DNA of 64,000 nucleotides from Lingula anatina (taxonomy: Eukaryota; Animalia; Brachiopoda), in the NCBI GenBank assembly GCA_051362555.1, contig CM120640.1, forward strand, positions 65,884,788 through 65,948,787. The letters are read 5' to 3'. Below are positions 37,501 through 51,230 of the stretch, one piece after another. Each line of letters opens with the position of its first letter. The stretch's first letter is position 1. The notes beneath the pieces were generated by a model that was not told the origin of the DNA, searched no databases, and saw only the letters and a list, made by a program, of their open reading frames with translations. The position numbers and the translations under genes were made by a program.

Positions 37501-38546
37501 CCTTACCGTCCTTTCTGCTTGGTTAAGCAAAATTTACATCAGTACTGAACACACGAGGTTAACCCATTACTGCTTTGGTTTCTGCATTTGTGAGTGAATT
37601 ATGTTGTCTATAACAATCTATTTATAGATATCCAAATAAATTGCTGACTTCATTCCCCTTACTATGCCCCTGAGCAAGTTTTTATTTGTAACCTAACTAA
37701 CTTGGAGAATGATGTGCATCTGTATGTGCAGTCCTACTCTTGGCCTCAAATTTCAGGATACTCCTAAACCTGATACTGCATAGGAGTGCTAACAATATAT
37801 ATTTATGTGCAATGTATACTTTTTTAGTATTGTCATCAGGAGTTATACCACTGTTAATGACATGTTTGACAATAAAGCACCATAATTTTTGAAACCCTGA
37901 GTGCGGCTGAATGTGCAAAGGACAAGGACCCAGTAATTAGATTCTGGTAGTGATAATGAGAAGGACATTGATGTGAAAACATCTTCATTGTGGGGCTTAA
38001 TCTAAAATGCCAGTCCTCTCAGTTTACCAACAAATGTCAACTGCACCATATGCCATTTTCTTATGATAATATGAGCTCCAAAGGGCTTCTTTCCTAATGT
38101 GAATTAACAAGCTTCCGAGCGCTGCCATGTTTCTCAGACTTCTCCCCAATGTAATTCCATAAATTCATAGTTATCTAACCACATTTTCATTTTTTTTTTT
38201 TTTGCCTATTAATAAGTTCTCCACAAAACCGTAAACAAATCAATACATTTTTTTTTTTACAAATTGTGATAGGTGTGAACAATCTCACCAAAACCAATTC
38301 AAACTGTGGAGCAATCACAGCAGTTTTAACCTGGAAAAGAATAAGACATTAGTGCTAATAATAAGTTACAATAGAAAAATTGATAAAAGAAAAGTTTACT
38401 TTTTGGTAGATCTTTACAAAAAGCAATCAAATCACAATACTGAGTAAATTTATCAAGGAATCAGACACTTGTACTTAAACAGAATTTAGGTGACCACACT
38501 TGGATGTATAAACTTTACCTTCTGAAACATTTTATGTTATTTTATT

Positions 38547-38585
<39 letters not shown>

Positions 38586-38661
38586 TCTATTTATTTTTGT
38601 GGCAAAAAACTCAGGTATTATGTGAATGCTGATAATTAATTTACCTGGTTCAAGGTTGCTC

Positions 38662-40765
38662 TTAGTGTTTCAAACTGGACAAAATAGAACTTGTATAAAC
38701 ATCTGACAAGTTGATCTCCATAAAAACTGCTGCAACATCAATATCTGACTTTAATTCTAGGACTTGAAAATTTGAAAAACTGAAAGAAAATGAATTATGC
38801 ATCAGTTTATAGTACAACTGAACACTAATTTTAGCTGTATCACTAAATTTTAGGATAGGTAGGTACTGGGTAGGTACGTAGGCAAAATACCTCAAAGTGT
38901 ATGTAATGGATAACCTCACAGTGATAATGTAGAAATGCATAATTAAAGTTGTTCATAAGGAGACCCAGTTCAAAAGTAACAATTTGTTGTTTCGGTGAGA
39001 CGGTGGGAGGAAAGTGAGAGACCTCAATATTATTTACTCTCTCTTGAAACCAAAATAGTGGAACACATGAACTTTATCCTCTTGCACGAGAATTAATGTG
39101 CAAATTACAAGTAAGCTGTCTGCTCCTTACTTAAAATTCTCAACTGTTTTCCTCGATAAAACTGACAACATTCTTTCCTTGCAACTTTTTCCTTTAGAAT
39201 CTATATCAACATTTGCTGTTCGGTGATTAACCAAATATTTCTGAAAAAAATTATAACAAAGTAAAATCTAGAAACAACTTTTCAACACTAATAATTACAT
39301 GTACAAACTTGAATTTAAATAAAGTCTTTAGTAATTAATTTAAAATGTACTAAGTAAACATACCCTAATATTTGCACTTGTACCCTCTAAAATGATCAGG
39401 ATATTCTTCCCTTGGAATATCAACCTGCCTACTAATCCCAATTGTTCTGTCCATTTGCATATTGTTTTGACATACTTGGCCTTGGATCTCATATGGTCTA
39501 ACTGTAAAACAATAATTTCCTTCCCAATGTCTTCACAATTGTCCTTTGCTCTGGCAGATAAATGCTGTGTGTCAGGACTGGTAACATTTTCTACCAATGT
39601 CTCCAACTTAGCAGTACATTTTTGTGGTTTATTATCCTGATCTTCAGGTTCTTCATACAGTTTCTCTTCAGTTTTGAATACTCTTGAAGAGTACCTGACT
39701 GCATTTTGCTGTAACCATTGCACAATTTCCATGACCATAACTTCCCCAACAAGAGTATTAGCAAATTGGACTAGATCAAATGTTAATTTTTCTATTTCTT
39801 CTTGATTCAGGTTGGCAGATTTCAAGTTTATATCTGGGATACTATTGGGATATGTGGGTTTCATTGTAAAAATTGCATCAAGCACTATCTCTGTCTGTGT
39901 GTTTTTCAACTGGGTGTCACTGCTTTCTGACTTGATCTTTATTTTCATTGTGTACAGAGAGGAACTACCAATATCTGAAAATAAAGTATAATAGTAATAT
40001 ATTTGCACATTTATTTATGTCAACATTATTTAACATTCCATAGTTTAGGTATATTGCAAAGAAAAAGGAGAAGAAAATCACCTACAGCACATTTCAAAGC
40101 CCCAGGGTTCCTACTGTACTCCTAGAGCTCATTCCCAATGAAACTGGCATTCTACTCTCAACGTCTTCATTGAGAATGACTCCAACAGTGCTTAGCAAAA
40201 CACATACATGCATGAACTTGAAAGTGCAAATATATTTCTCAGTTATGGAATCAACAGCTTTTAAAATCAATGTTTGAATTTTGGGCTTCACCCATAGAGT
40301 TCAGATCACCCCCTCCACCCCAGGGATAGTGTAATCCCTGTAAAATATGTATATGAACAGTTGGATGGGTTATAGAAGTGGCATATGATTCCAATGCACT
40401 GTGATCTGACCATCACACTCAGACTGAGTCAGTCTTTTAAAAATAAACACTACTTGTGAAAATAAAAATGCTTATTTTAAATGTAAGATAGGTTGCTTTT
40501 TAAGTTGTAAAAAATCTACTTTTTTAAATACAAATATAACCATCAAAGTTACAAGTAACATAATAAATTTCACTTCTACGTCATAGAAGTAGAGAAAGCT
40601 TTCTCTACTTCTATGCTCTACGTCAAGTATCAAATGTAACATGATTTGAATGGAAATGTAATAAGTGGTTTTGTGTTGAACACCACCTTGCTTTGCATGA
40701 AAAACTTCGAATTCAGCGGGACTACAGTAAATCGCCTGCAACACTTCGATCTCGTCTTCTGCCAT
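38662..40765 (-). CDS. RWDD3: RWD domain-containing protein 3 (RSUME), about 305 aa
   Basis: Exons 40765-40687, 39974-39364, 39240-39131, 38779-38662. RWD: EIEVLQAIY, YPNSIP, LVGEVMVMEIVQWLQQN. RWDD3-type C-terminal domain: LDHMRSKAKYVKTICKW...LGLVGRLIFQGKNILIILEG...YLVNHRTANVDIDSKGKSCKERM. Confidence 0.92.
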
Positions 40766-41922
40766 TTTGTTGACTGATTCCTAGTTTTAAGAAGCATTTG
40801 GTGTTTTAGATTTATCGTTAATGTATTCTCTAAATTAATTTTTATACTTATGAAAGTCTTTAAAATTAGTTTTGGTGTTGAATGGCTGTATAATATATTG
40901 AAATAAAAACAAAACAAATTAAACTAAATAGCAAAAAGATGTGTACTTATTACGGAACTAGGCATATTTTCAGACGTTACTCTCCTCTCAAGAGCCTCGA
41001 TTTCACCACATCAACCTTATCGATGTTAGCTCCTAGCTCCTGACCAAAACGATATACTTACAATTTGTATGTGGCCTACAATTGTCATGCAACTCTATAA
41101 ACACAATGAATGGAAAACAGTGTGACTCATTATTCTCAAAGATCAATGATATATTGCACAAAATACAGGCCAGGTTAGAAAAGCAGCATGCCAAAATTAT
41201 TTTAAACTGTTTGTTGGACCATTTGCAGTTTATCGGGATTTTTTCGTTTTCACACATTGGCATTGATCTCCAGAAGTAGCTATATTTTCTGAATATCCAC
41301 ATTAGTGCATGATTAAAACTGGTGGTGATTTTATTGCTTAACATTATGTAATATTGCATCAAAATCGTTAAAAATATAATTTAATTTGTGCAAGGCAGCA
41401 CTAAGCATAGGCCTACAAGTAAGAAATAACCTTATAATCTCTTTGATGTCATTGTGACATCAGTTCATTAATTGAATTCGCCAGTGAAGCAAATAAAAAT
41501 ACCTTGTTATCATGCGTTATCGTTCAGATGGCCTAGATATTAGGGCACCGCAGGCCCTGTAGGCCCTATTGTTCTCCAACTAAAAATTACTTGTAGCTGA
41601 CGCTAAGCATGCAGCTTAATTCAGAAAAAACACAGTCGAGAGTAAGACCAGGAAGTTATATTTGAAGGGAAGACTTTATAACGGTAAAGGTTGCTTTGCA
41701 ATGGAAGTTACCAGTCAGCTGTGTCTTATGAAACTCTACGTGATAGTCATGATGTATGCAGTTGAAGGTGCGTTCTACTTTTTTACAGAATCATGACCGC
41801 CTACATTCAGTTGTAGGCGTCTGCTTTGTTTGGCAAATTTCTCTTTCTTAAGGCTTCCCCTCCACCCCTCCCCACCTCCCATGGAGCGAAATTATGGATC
41901 CGTGGAACTCGCTGCGTCTTAA

Positions 41923-44231
41923 AGGTACCACAGTACACTCCATGATAGGTTTGAAAATCCCCAAAATGCTAAAAAGGACCTTCGTTTATGTATTTATTTG
42001 TTTGTTTATGCTTTGTTATAGTTAGTGCTGTCATTGATTGTACCTTGTATGTGAAGGTGTTTATCAATAAATAATCTTAATCCTTCTAACTGTCACGTTG
42101 CCACCATGGTGAAGGTACGGGAGCTCACAAATGAAGAAAGAAATGAAATAGTTTCTCTGAGGGAGCAGGGTATCAATGTTACCCAGATAGCTGCCAAATA
42201 TGGTGTATCTCGTCAGACTGTGTATAGGAAGATGGAGGACACTGGTGATCCCCATAAGTTACACCGAAGTGGCCGCCCAAGGAAGATTAATGCCAGAGAC
42301 GCATTTTGATGCTGTCAAGGATCAGGAGGTCTGAGCTGTGCAGGGAATTAGCGTTGCAGTGGTCGCGCAGTTTGTAGGTTGAAGCTAGCAAAGAACTGTA
42401 CAAAGAAGGCCCCATGCTTCAGGTATTCACGGCAGGGTTGCCAGGAGGAAGCCACTCATCACCTTGGTAAACACACACAGAAGAGTGACATGGGCTGCAA
42501 GAACCATTGCCTGGACAGTGGGTCAGAACTGGCGCCATTTTGTTTATTCTGACGAGTCCATATTCGCAGTTAACAACGTGGGTGGACAAGTGAGGGTATG
42601 GAGAACATCATCCACTTGTCATTTGCCAGAGAATATGCATTTCCTCACTAGACAGTCCGGATCCACTTCGATAATGGTTTGGGGGTGCATTGGTTTCTAC
42701 GGTGATGGTGAGCTGGTGCTGATAAATGGAAACTTGAATCACGAGCAATACACTGACATTCTCGATCAGCACCTTTTAGCATCGGTAGAAAACACCTTTG
42801 GGGACAGGAACCATCCGTTTATATTTCAAGATGATAACGCTACACCACACAGGGCCAGGGAAGTGCAAGAATGGCTTTACCAGCATGGCATCAACAGGGT
42901 GGACTGGCCTGCCCAATCACCTGACGCAAACCAAATTAAAACCTGTGGCAAACTATTGGAAATCAAGTGGCAAAGGATCGCCCCTTTACCAGAAACGCTC
43001 TAAGCCAAAGTGTCTTCAGAGCCTGGACCAACATAGCCCCCAGAAGATTAATGAACCTTTATCAGTCTATGCCTAGAAGGATTGTGGCCATATTGCATGA
43101 GAACACGTGACTATCCTACAAAATATTAATTCTGACGTAATAGCATGTGTTATGTAAGGGCAATGCACTGTTCTGTAAATCTAAAATAAAGATACTCACT
43201 TGACGCTATCAGTTTTCAATAAAATAACAACTGAAAAAACTAACAAATCCAGCTGTTGTTCCCCTTAAAGAAAATGGTGCAATACTTTTGTCACCCCTCT
43301 GTGCACCTTAAATTTATTTAACCCCTTAAGGATATTGTAACCCTTTATTATCATCCAGATATCAAAAATGAGGTTTTTCTTGCATCTAACTATTCAATAA
43401 TGCATCTATCTTTGTGCTGATTTAAAACAATAAAAAAACTCTTGAAAATATAAAATATCGGCATTTATATTTCTCGTTGCAATGTATAAGCATAGGTAAC
43501 CCAAAGCTTTAATCGTCAATTTAACACCTTTCTATTTGAGGCGAGATAGCAATCGGTATGAGGCGTAACTTCATCCCGAACAAGATTTTATCACGAAAAT
43601 TGGCAGAGTTGACCAGAAGTGTATGGGCTACAATCTCGCACCGTCATTTTGGTTTAAATGTTTTTGTTATGGGGTTATCAGCCCCTAATTACAGATTTTC
43701 ATAAAACAAAAGCGGTATATTGCTTTATCAATGATAAAATTTTAACTAAGATTTCTAAGAAAAATCGCTGGCAGGGTTTTTGAGTACTAAATGGTGTCAT
43801 TAAATCGGCCTTAAAACGGTGATCGTGGGTGCTAAGCTAAAGGAGAAATTTGAGAAACCGATTTTCAGTTTTTACCCCAAATTTGCAATTATGACGTCAC
43901 CCGTGAGATGACATGTGTAAATGTTAATTGAGTCACTGAACACTGAAGATTTATCTTTTACCCAAAAGAATGTGAATGTATGTAAAGGCAGTAAATAAGA
44001 AGTTTTGGGCGGAGGGTGACATCCTTAAATATTTTTTCTGGGGCGTATATGATGTTGATATTTTCATTGGCGCTTATAAGAAGATGGTCGCTGTTATAAT
44101 GATTGGCCAGTCATTTTAAGCTAAAATCAACCTTTATAAATTCTATCAAAGGTCCAATCCAAGTGCAAACAGGGATAGATAAATATACTGGGAAAGAAAA
44201 TTTTGGCGGGTAAAATTCATGGAGTGTACCT
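41923..44231. mobile_element. Possible TIR element (Kolobok-like ends) enclosing the Tc1 relic
   Basis: ttaaAGGTA(ccacagta)CACTCCATGA at left and TCATGGAGTGTACCT at right; the right TSD is degenerate. Confidence 0.4.
42106..43301 (+). mobile_element. Degenerate Tc1-family (DD34E) transposon; transposase pseudogene 42106-43129 plus right TIR
   Basis: HTH with GRPRK motif, FVYSDES, IMVWGCI, FQDDNATPH, WPAQSPDANQI (frameshift at the catalytic Glu of SPDLNPIE), C-terminal YPTKY*. Several stops and frameshifts. TIR-like 'ggtgcaatacttttgtcacccctctg' ends at 43301; left TIR not found. Confidence 0.92.
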
Positions 44232-45269
44232 TGATGTTGTGGTATGACATGTACAAAGCTCCTCCACTAGCATCACGACAGTGGTCAGGCCTTCTCTAAT
44301 GGATGTTGCTTTGCCACGACACTTAACGCCCAAACCAAAAATAGAGATGCAATTGAGGTCACAGGCATGCTCTTAGTGCACAGATTGTAAACTATGTTTT
44401 ATTATTTTATGGTTCCACAAGAAGAAGTTTTTATGAAAGTTTCACTCTCCTGGAACCATAATTCATCGTCTATCCCCATAAAGGAACATACGCTACTGTC
44501 ATAAATGCAAAACCTCCAACTGTGAAACGTTTTACTCACTTTGAAAACTCAATACTCACTGGTTTTGTTTTTTAATTTATCTTCTACAAGAATAGATCTA
44601 ACGTTGTAAAAATTATAATAATCTTCTGTATAGAGCAGTTTATTGTTTTTGAGCGACTTCAATTTGCTTGTCACTGAATATTTAAAAAACGGGGAAAATA
44701 CACCCTACTGACAGAAAAATAAGCATTTAATGAATTATTTTCCCTCTCGTGATCCAAATATTTTATCAGAAACGGCAAACTATCATGGAATCACAATGTA
44801 TTTTTCGGTTAGCAACAGAAAACACTGTTTTCATGAAACTTTTGACACTTTTTTCTGGGGAACATACATTGTACGTTACGTAGTAATAGCCATGACGCAA
44901 AGCCCCTTTAAATATTTATAAAAACATCCTTATGCTATGTATAATTTACCATGACTGAATCACTACAAAATATATCGGAACGCGGTATAAAAATTAAAAT
45001 TTAATGACCTGGAATATACGTTACAATTTAGGGCTTCTTTGCGTAATGGTAAAAATTAAAATTTGAATTTAAATTGAGACAGTTATGGATTTTCGTTTTA
45101 TACACGTACTCGTTTTTTAAAAAATGAATACAACTTTGAATTGATTCAATTTTATTTTTTTGACACTTCAGCATGTGAAATGCACCTCTTTATTGTGTTT
45201 GGGTGTTAAAAGCTTGAAGTATCTGTTTGACAGTTTATAGGTCATCTATGTACATATAGGCCTAATCTA

Positions 45270-47132
45270 ATGGCTCATCTTGTACAGTGTACATTATTAT
45301 TATTGTATATAAAAGCTTGCGGCTGCTATTTTCCAGGACGTTTTGTAAAACTTGATGCTTCACATTCCGAAGTGCAGATAAAATGTTCTGACGGATTTCT
45401 TGCTATTCGCCATGTCTATTCGTTCTGCTGTTCTCAAGTCTCTGGTGGGTGTCTTGGGTTGACAGAATGTTCCATCAATCTCTGCTGTAATACAACATCT
45501 CAACATGACACAATATGCAGGTTAATGGAATGGAAAGCAGAGGGTTACCAACATACAGTCATAACATTCGACTGCCAGCTCTACTCTGGTAAGACAAAGT
45601 GAAGAGCAAGTCAAAAATAAGTTGAAATAAGAATGGTCTGATATTAATTAATATTACTTGTGAAAAATTCCGTAACTCTCATACTATTTTGTTGTGTTGC
45701 AAATACATGTTTATTGCAGAGACTGTGAATGGCACAAAGTCTGCTTTTCCAACAAAAATTGAAAGAAATATATGTCAAGTGCGACCCAATACTACTATGA
45801 CCCGCAAGATCAGCCTCCACGATGAGACCACCAGTAGGCCTACTGCAACCATTGTGTCAACAGGCACAACGCCACTTCGGACATCAACAGCTCAGCCGAC
45901 AGCTACAAGTAGTTTGGATGCGCGCGGTGTCTTTGAAGGTGAGAGGGAAAGGTGTCAACGTTATACCCATGCACATGGCTAGACGAAATCACAGACTTTA
46001 ATAATCTCTTTCAACTCTTGTAATCGTATACCTTTTGGAGTGGCAGGAAGACATGGCGGTTAAAAATGATTCATGACTAGTTAAGAACTATGCTAATTTT
46101 AATAAGAAATTGATTAAGTACAAACAGTTGAATCCAATTCTGAGAATGGGTCGAGTAATGATAATTTTTTCTAGAGGATATGGACTTTTTTTATTTGTGT
46201 CGCCAAATATATACACGTATATGAAGTAATGTAATATTGTTTATCATCTGCCTTCAGTTTTGCTTGGATGCGGGATGATCACAGTTGGCTACACAGTTAT
46301 AATATTCGTCATATTGCTTGTTAATAAAAGGTAGGATGAAACATCTATATCTATATTCATTGGGTTTATTTTATGACTATTTTAAAGCTCCAAATCTTGA
46401 AGCCTGCCACTTGCTATTCGAAAAGATTAGTACTTATGGATTATATATTTTTTTCATTTCTCTAGGTTAGAATATGAGCAAAAGAGGGCCATTTTGGCAA
46501 AACTTCGTCGTATCCGCTATGAGCGTAGACGTCGAGGTATTCAGCTAATACAACAAGAAATGGACAACATCCACAAGGGTTTGGAACAGCAGAGCTATGT
46601 GAATGCCACTGCAGGTCAAGTCCTTTATTCTAACGAATATCACTTATCATCATATGAAGAGATCTCAGACGCTCACATATACTTAGAACCATTACAATTG
46701 GCAGCCGTTGAATACGATGATACTGTGCTTACTTCACAAGGGCCATTGTATGACGAAATAAATCAGTTTTCTGGGGAACAATTTAGTGACACTGCCGTCA
46801 CTGGTACTGTTCAAATTAACCAAGGTGAATTATTTAAGTATGACTATGTGGTTGACAGAGAAGGTACTGAAGTGGAAGAGATTGTTGATACTATTCAGAC
46901 TATTACCCATGGCGGAGACTGCAAAGATCTCCCAACCAAACCAGTAATTAAAGACTCTTACATCCATTTCAAAGAGACAAATCAGTGCGAAGAACGGCTT
47001 GTTGAGCGCAGACAGATCTTGCCAAAGGAATATGCAAATGTCTCGTCGTACGAACATCTAGTTAAACAGGAGAACTGTGAGCTTTCAGAACAGGATTCCT
47101 CGTACCAAGAACTGAGTGAAAATATACAGTAA
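45270..47132 (+). CDS. Uncharacterised type I membrane protein: Cys-rich ectodomain, Thr/Ser stalk, TM helix, Tyr-motif-rich tail (about 425 aa)
   Basis: Exons 45270-45588, 45720-45938, 46258-46330 (VLLGCGMITVGYTVIIFVILLVNKR), 46466-47132; phases 1,1,2 are consistent. The start is uncertain: ATG 45270 gives a signal-like peptide, but a possible acceptor lies at 45337. Confidence 0.8.
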
Positions 47133-48308
47133 CGCCGAGGAGAGGCTATATATTATTCAACAACTAACTCTTTGATTATTTAGGAAGTTATAATTTGAAA
47201 AATTTCAAGTAAAAACCTATACATTGAAAATTTATACATTTTATAATTTTATAAATTAAAAGTCGGCAAAGGACGGCAACACCAAATATATGCAGTGCAT
47301 TAGAACAAGGACTTTAGTTTTTCACTGGTCAGCATTTCAGATTTTTTTGGAAAAAAATTGGGGAATTATTATTATTATTATTTTTTTCATTTTTGTTGTT
47401 GTTGTTGTTGTGACCTCCCTAACTTGTTTCCTATTCAATCATACTCAAAATATGTATCCATGCCAAGCTCATTTACATCTTATGTGGCAAATTTCAAGTT
47501 TCTATTTAGGTTAGGGTAAATCTTTAAAATTTTCTGTAGCATGTGTTTTCTGAGGCGACATTTGATGGCGAACACAAATCTGACAAACATTTATTTCTAC
47601 AACAATTATTTAGGTCGGTAAATTGACAATTTTCAAAATGGTTACCATGTGAGCTGATAGTTTACTGTCAAACTAGACCGAAGAGCTTATAACATGAAAA
47701 TTTCTAAAAATATATGCTATGTATTAGAACAAAGACAGCATTTTTTTTTGTTATCCCCCCTTGTTCTGCAGTCGACCAATGTTACACTGATATTAAAAGG
47801 TCAAATCCTACTGCTTAAAATTTTTGTATCAAGAATCACAAACACAATATTACTCTGCTTGAAAAAAAAAACATGGAAATAGATTTCTGTGGGGAAATCT
47901 GCGAATCAAAATTTTAGTAAAATGTGCATTCATGCCTAGCTCTTTTACTTATCAGGTGACAAATTTCAAGTTTGTATGGCATTTTTAAGGGGCCAAAAAC
48001 TCATGTTTGAAAGTCTCCTTGTTTTGCCCTTTTATCAGTTTACGGAGTTTATAGTAGGCCTAATTTAAAGTAGTTATGTGCGACCCTTCCACTGCCTTTC
48101 CTTGCATATCATGACGTGGTTAACGTTACCCATGTTTTCACCTCCCGACCTCCGTTTGTCTGTTTGTCAACAGTCTTACGTACGGGTCTAACCTAAAAAA
48201 CTTCCTCCAACATGTACATGTATATAATTTTTTTCGTAGGCCCTACATAAAACGAAGAAAAGACAATAAAAGGTCTAACAAAGATGATACGACTCTTCCT
48301 CCGAGGTT

Positions 48309-49530
48309 AGGGGAGACCGGGTCTAGTTGGCCCAGTTAGACACTTTTGGCCTTGTAGAGCCACCTAGGAGTGGGTTAGAGTAACAAAACCGGTTTCAAAG
48401 TAAGTCCGGCCCATGAACTAAGCTACGTATGCAACGTCATTATTTTTCAAATATAATGCCAGGTGGCTCACAATTTGACAAAAAACGCAGTTGACGGCAG
48501 GGGGGCCAACTTGCCCCGCCATGGGGCAAGTTGGCCCCAGGGTCGGGGCAAGTTGGCCCCCCTATACGAAAATGAAGTATATATCCCATGTAAACGCCTT
48601 GAAATACATTTTTATAAATTTTTAATTTATTTAATTGATTTTTGAGAGTCTTTGATGAATAAACAGTTCAAACGAGGCAGATTTATTGAGGTTTCCGTAC
48701 GTCACGTTGTTGGGGGGAGGGGGGTGTAGGCCTATGTGTTGCAAGAACCAAAATATCTATCAATAAAATTTGTTTTGTTTTAATTAAGAATAAATAAATA
48801 ATGGTATAAAGAAGGTTTTTAATGAATGAAAACGAATAATAAATTTTCTTTTTAAGCTAGGGAGGGGGGGGGTCCCCTTGGGGCCACATATAACACTATA
48901 AATACAAAGGGAATCCCCTTACAATGAATTTAGGCAAAATAAATGTTTTTCTACGGAAAGTCCAGTGGATTTGCTTTTTAATACTTACAATCAACAGACT
49001 ATTTCTAATATAAATTTTCAAAAAAACACCAGAGAGAAAATTAAAAAAATCAATCAATTTCACCAACTTGTTTATTTCAAACAGCGTTGCGCGCAAAGGT
49101 TTGTGGGTAATATGAGGGTCCAACTTGCCCCGAGTTAAGGGGGCCAACTAGCCCCGGGTGCACATTATTTATTTTAAAGGATGGTAGCCATTTATGGTGC
49201 TAGAATGAGCAACGATGATACATCTCTGTGAAACTTGAAACAATGAGCTTCAGTTTGATGCCCTATACATAGGGCCTATCTTATATTCGATCAAAAGCCT
49301 ATGAAAATAGATTTTTAAATCTCTTAAACAAAATTACTTTTAGGTGCAAAAATCGTTTTTTTCGACTCACCGCTTAAGTAAAACTTTTTAACGTCCGACA
49401 CTTCCTTAGCATTGTAGGCTACGGTCACTTTGCAAGAGTATGGGGCCAATTTTTTTACCTCGTAGTTACTTTTTCATAAATTGATGGGGGGCCAACTTAC
49501 CCTGGGGTCCAACTAGCCCCGGTCTCCCCT
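48309..49530. mobile_element. Non-autonomous TIR DNA transposon (about 1.2 kb) with repeated internal motif
   Basis: TIRs AGGGGAGACCGGG...CCCGGTCTCCCCT; motif g(g/t)ccaact(t/a)gcccc repeated in both orientations near 48505-48560, 49118-49155 and 49490-49520. Confidence 0.85.
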
Positions 49531-49596
49531 TCATGTAGGCCTACAAGCCACAGACAGACCATCAGACCAATACCTGCTAGTTGCGCTAAGGGGGTA

Positions 49597-49754
49597 GGGG
49601 GCGTCTCGATAGTCCGAAGGTTCATTGGTCCGAAAAGTGGTAACATTTTCATCGATTTTTTAATCAAGGGTTCATTGGTCCGAAGGTTCTATAGTGAACA
49701 TTCGGACCAATGAACCTTCGGACTATTGAACCTTCGGACTATCGCTACGGCCCC
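49597..49754. mobile_element. MITE built of inverted arrays of a ~17-bp unit
   Basis: 'gatagtccgaaggttcattggtccgaa' versus 'ttcggaccaatgaaccttcggactat'; ends gggg/cccc. Confidence 0.7.
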
Positions 49755-49769
49755 GGGGTGGGGACGAGG

Positions 49770-50031
49770 AGTATTTGAAGGGGGGGCGAGGGGTCCGGTT
49801 TTTTGGAATGACAGGCCGCGGATGCAAAGCCACCCTCCCCCCTCCCTTGGCGTGGAGTTAGGGGTCCGCTGAACGGTGCCATTTGGGTAGGCCTACGGTT
49901 TGAACATGTGATTCAGCTAATCAAAATTTTTATTTCTAGAGGGGACCATTGGTGTGATTTTTTCAGAAATCGAAGGGGGGGGAGTCAGGACCCACATGAC
50001 CCCCCCCCCCCCCTTCCTGAATCCGCCACTG
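49770..50031 (-). mobile_element. Truncated copy of the CAGTGGCGGAT hAT-like MITE family
   Basis: Ends in 'gaatccgccactg'; internal sequence is the reverse complement of parts of 13319-13460 and 14487-14555. Confidence 0.75.
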
Positions 50032-50623
50032 GAACTGATTTTTACAGTACATTGGCATGTACTTGTCAAAAAAGAAATTTGTATTTTACCGCACGCTCCA
50101 TACATTCGCCTCATTTTAACGTCTCTTGAAACTGCCTAAAAGAAGATTTAAAACGAGGCCCCTGTTTGGAGGATGAGAAAAGCCTCTGTTTCATTCGTTG
50201 TCCACGACTGGTAGTTTGTGTTTGGGTTGAAGTAAGTAATCAATATATATATATTAGGCAATGCAATAATCATTTGAGCGATTTTCATATTCAACCGATC
50301 AATTCAAAACGGACCCGACTGCCGGCTGGACGGCCTACGTGACACGCAATGGGAGTATGAAGTTGCATCACGGTCTTGTTACTTGCCTCAGTTTTCGGTC
50401 TTACAAGCTCACGGTACCCTTACCGCAGTCTTGTTACGGGCTGGATAAACAGTGCACATCACGAACGAGACTGTTCGGTTAGGTGATCACAAATAGTAGT
50501 GGTATAGTATAGACACGTACTGTATCATTGATGCACTTGCACCAGTTTCACCTCGCTACAGAGAACTCCGTCAAGCTTTGAAAGGAGAAAATGGTATATC
50601 ATTTCTGGTACATATTACTACTA

Positions 50624-50863
50624 CAGGTGCGGATCCAGGATTATTTGAAAGGGGGGTCCGCGGATGCGATGCAGACCCCCCCTCTCCCCCCTTCACCACT
50701 TGGCGTGCGGGCCCCGAAAAATTTGGTATTTTAGAGGGCATTTGGTATGGTTTAGAACTTTCTTTCAGCTAGTCAAAATTCTAATTTCAAGAGGGGACCA
50801 GAAATCCAGGGGGGGGGGGGGGGGTCAGGACCCTCCTGACCTGCCTCTCTAAATCCGCCACTG
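50624..50863 (-). mobile_element. CAG(G/T)GGCGGAT hAT-like MITE in OMA1 intron 1, 6-bp TSD
   Basis: CAGGTGCGGATCC...AATCCGCCACTG flanked by ctacta / atacta (5 of 6 match). Confidence 0.8.
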
Positions 50864-51230
50864 ATACTAGAATTTAAGATAAAAAGAACATGTGCAGGAT
50901 TGCTCTAGAAGATCAGTGTAACCGCAAGTTACAAAGTAACTACCATCATGGTGTAATTTACCTTTGCTCCATATGCATTTGCAGTTGCTCGTAAATACTA
51001 TGGAGCAGAGGGAAGGTGTTTTTACACTTTTAGACTAGAATTAGGTGTTTGAGGTTGAGAATTGAGTTTTAAATTAAATTTTTAGTACACTGTAAGACAT
51101 TTTTGTTGCTTCGTTACTTTTTGAGCAATTTTCAAATGCTTATGAATTAAATACTGTAATGTTAATATCTTCCCATAGGCTTCATCACGAGTGTTTCACC
51201 ACCTCTGACAAAGAAGAAGTACTTGTACTC

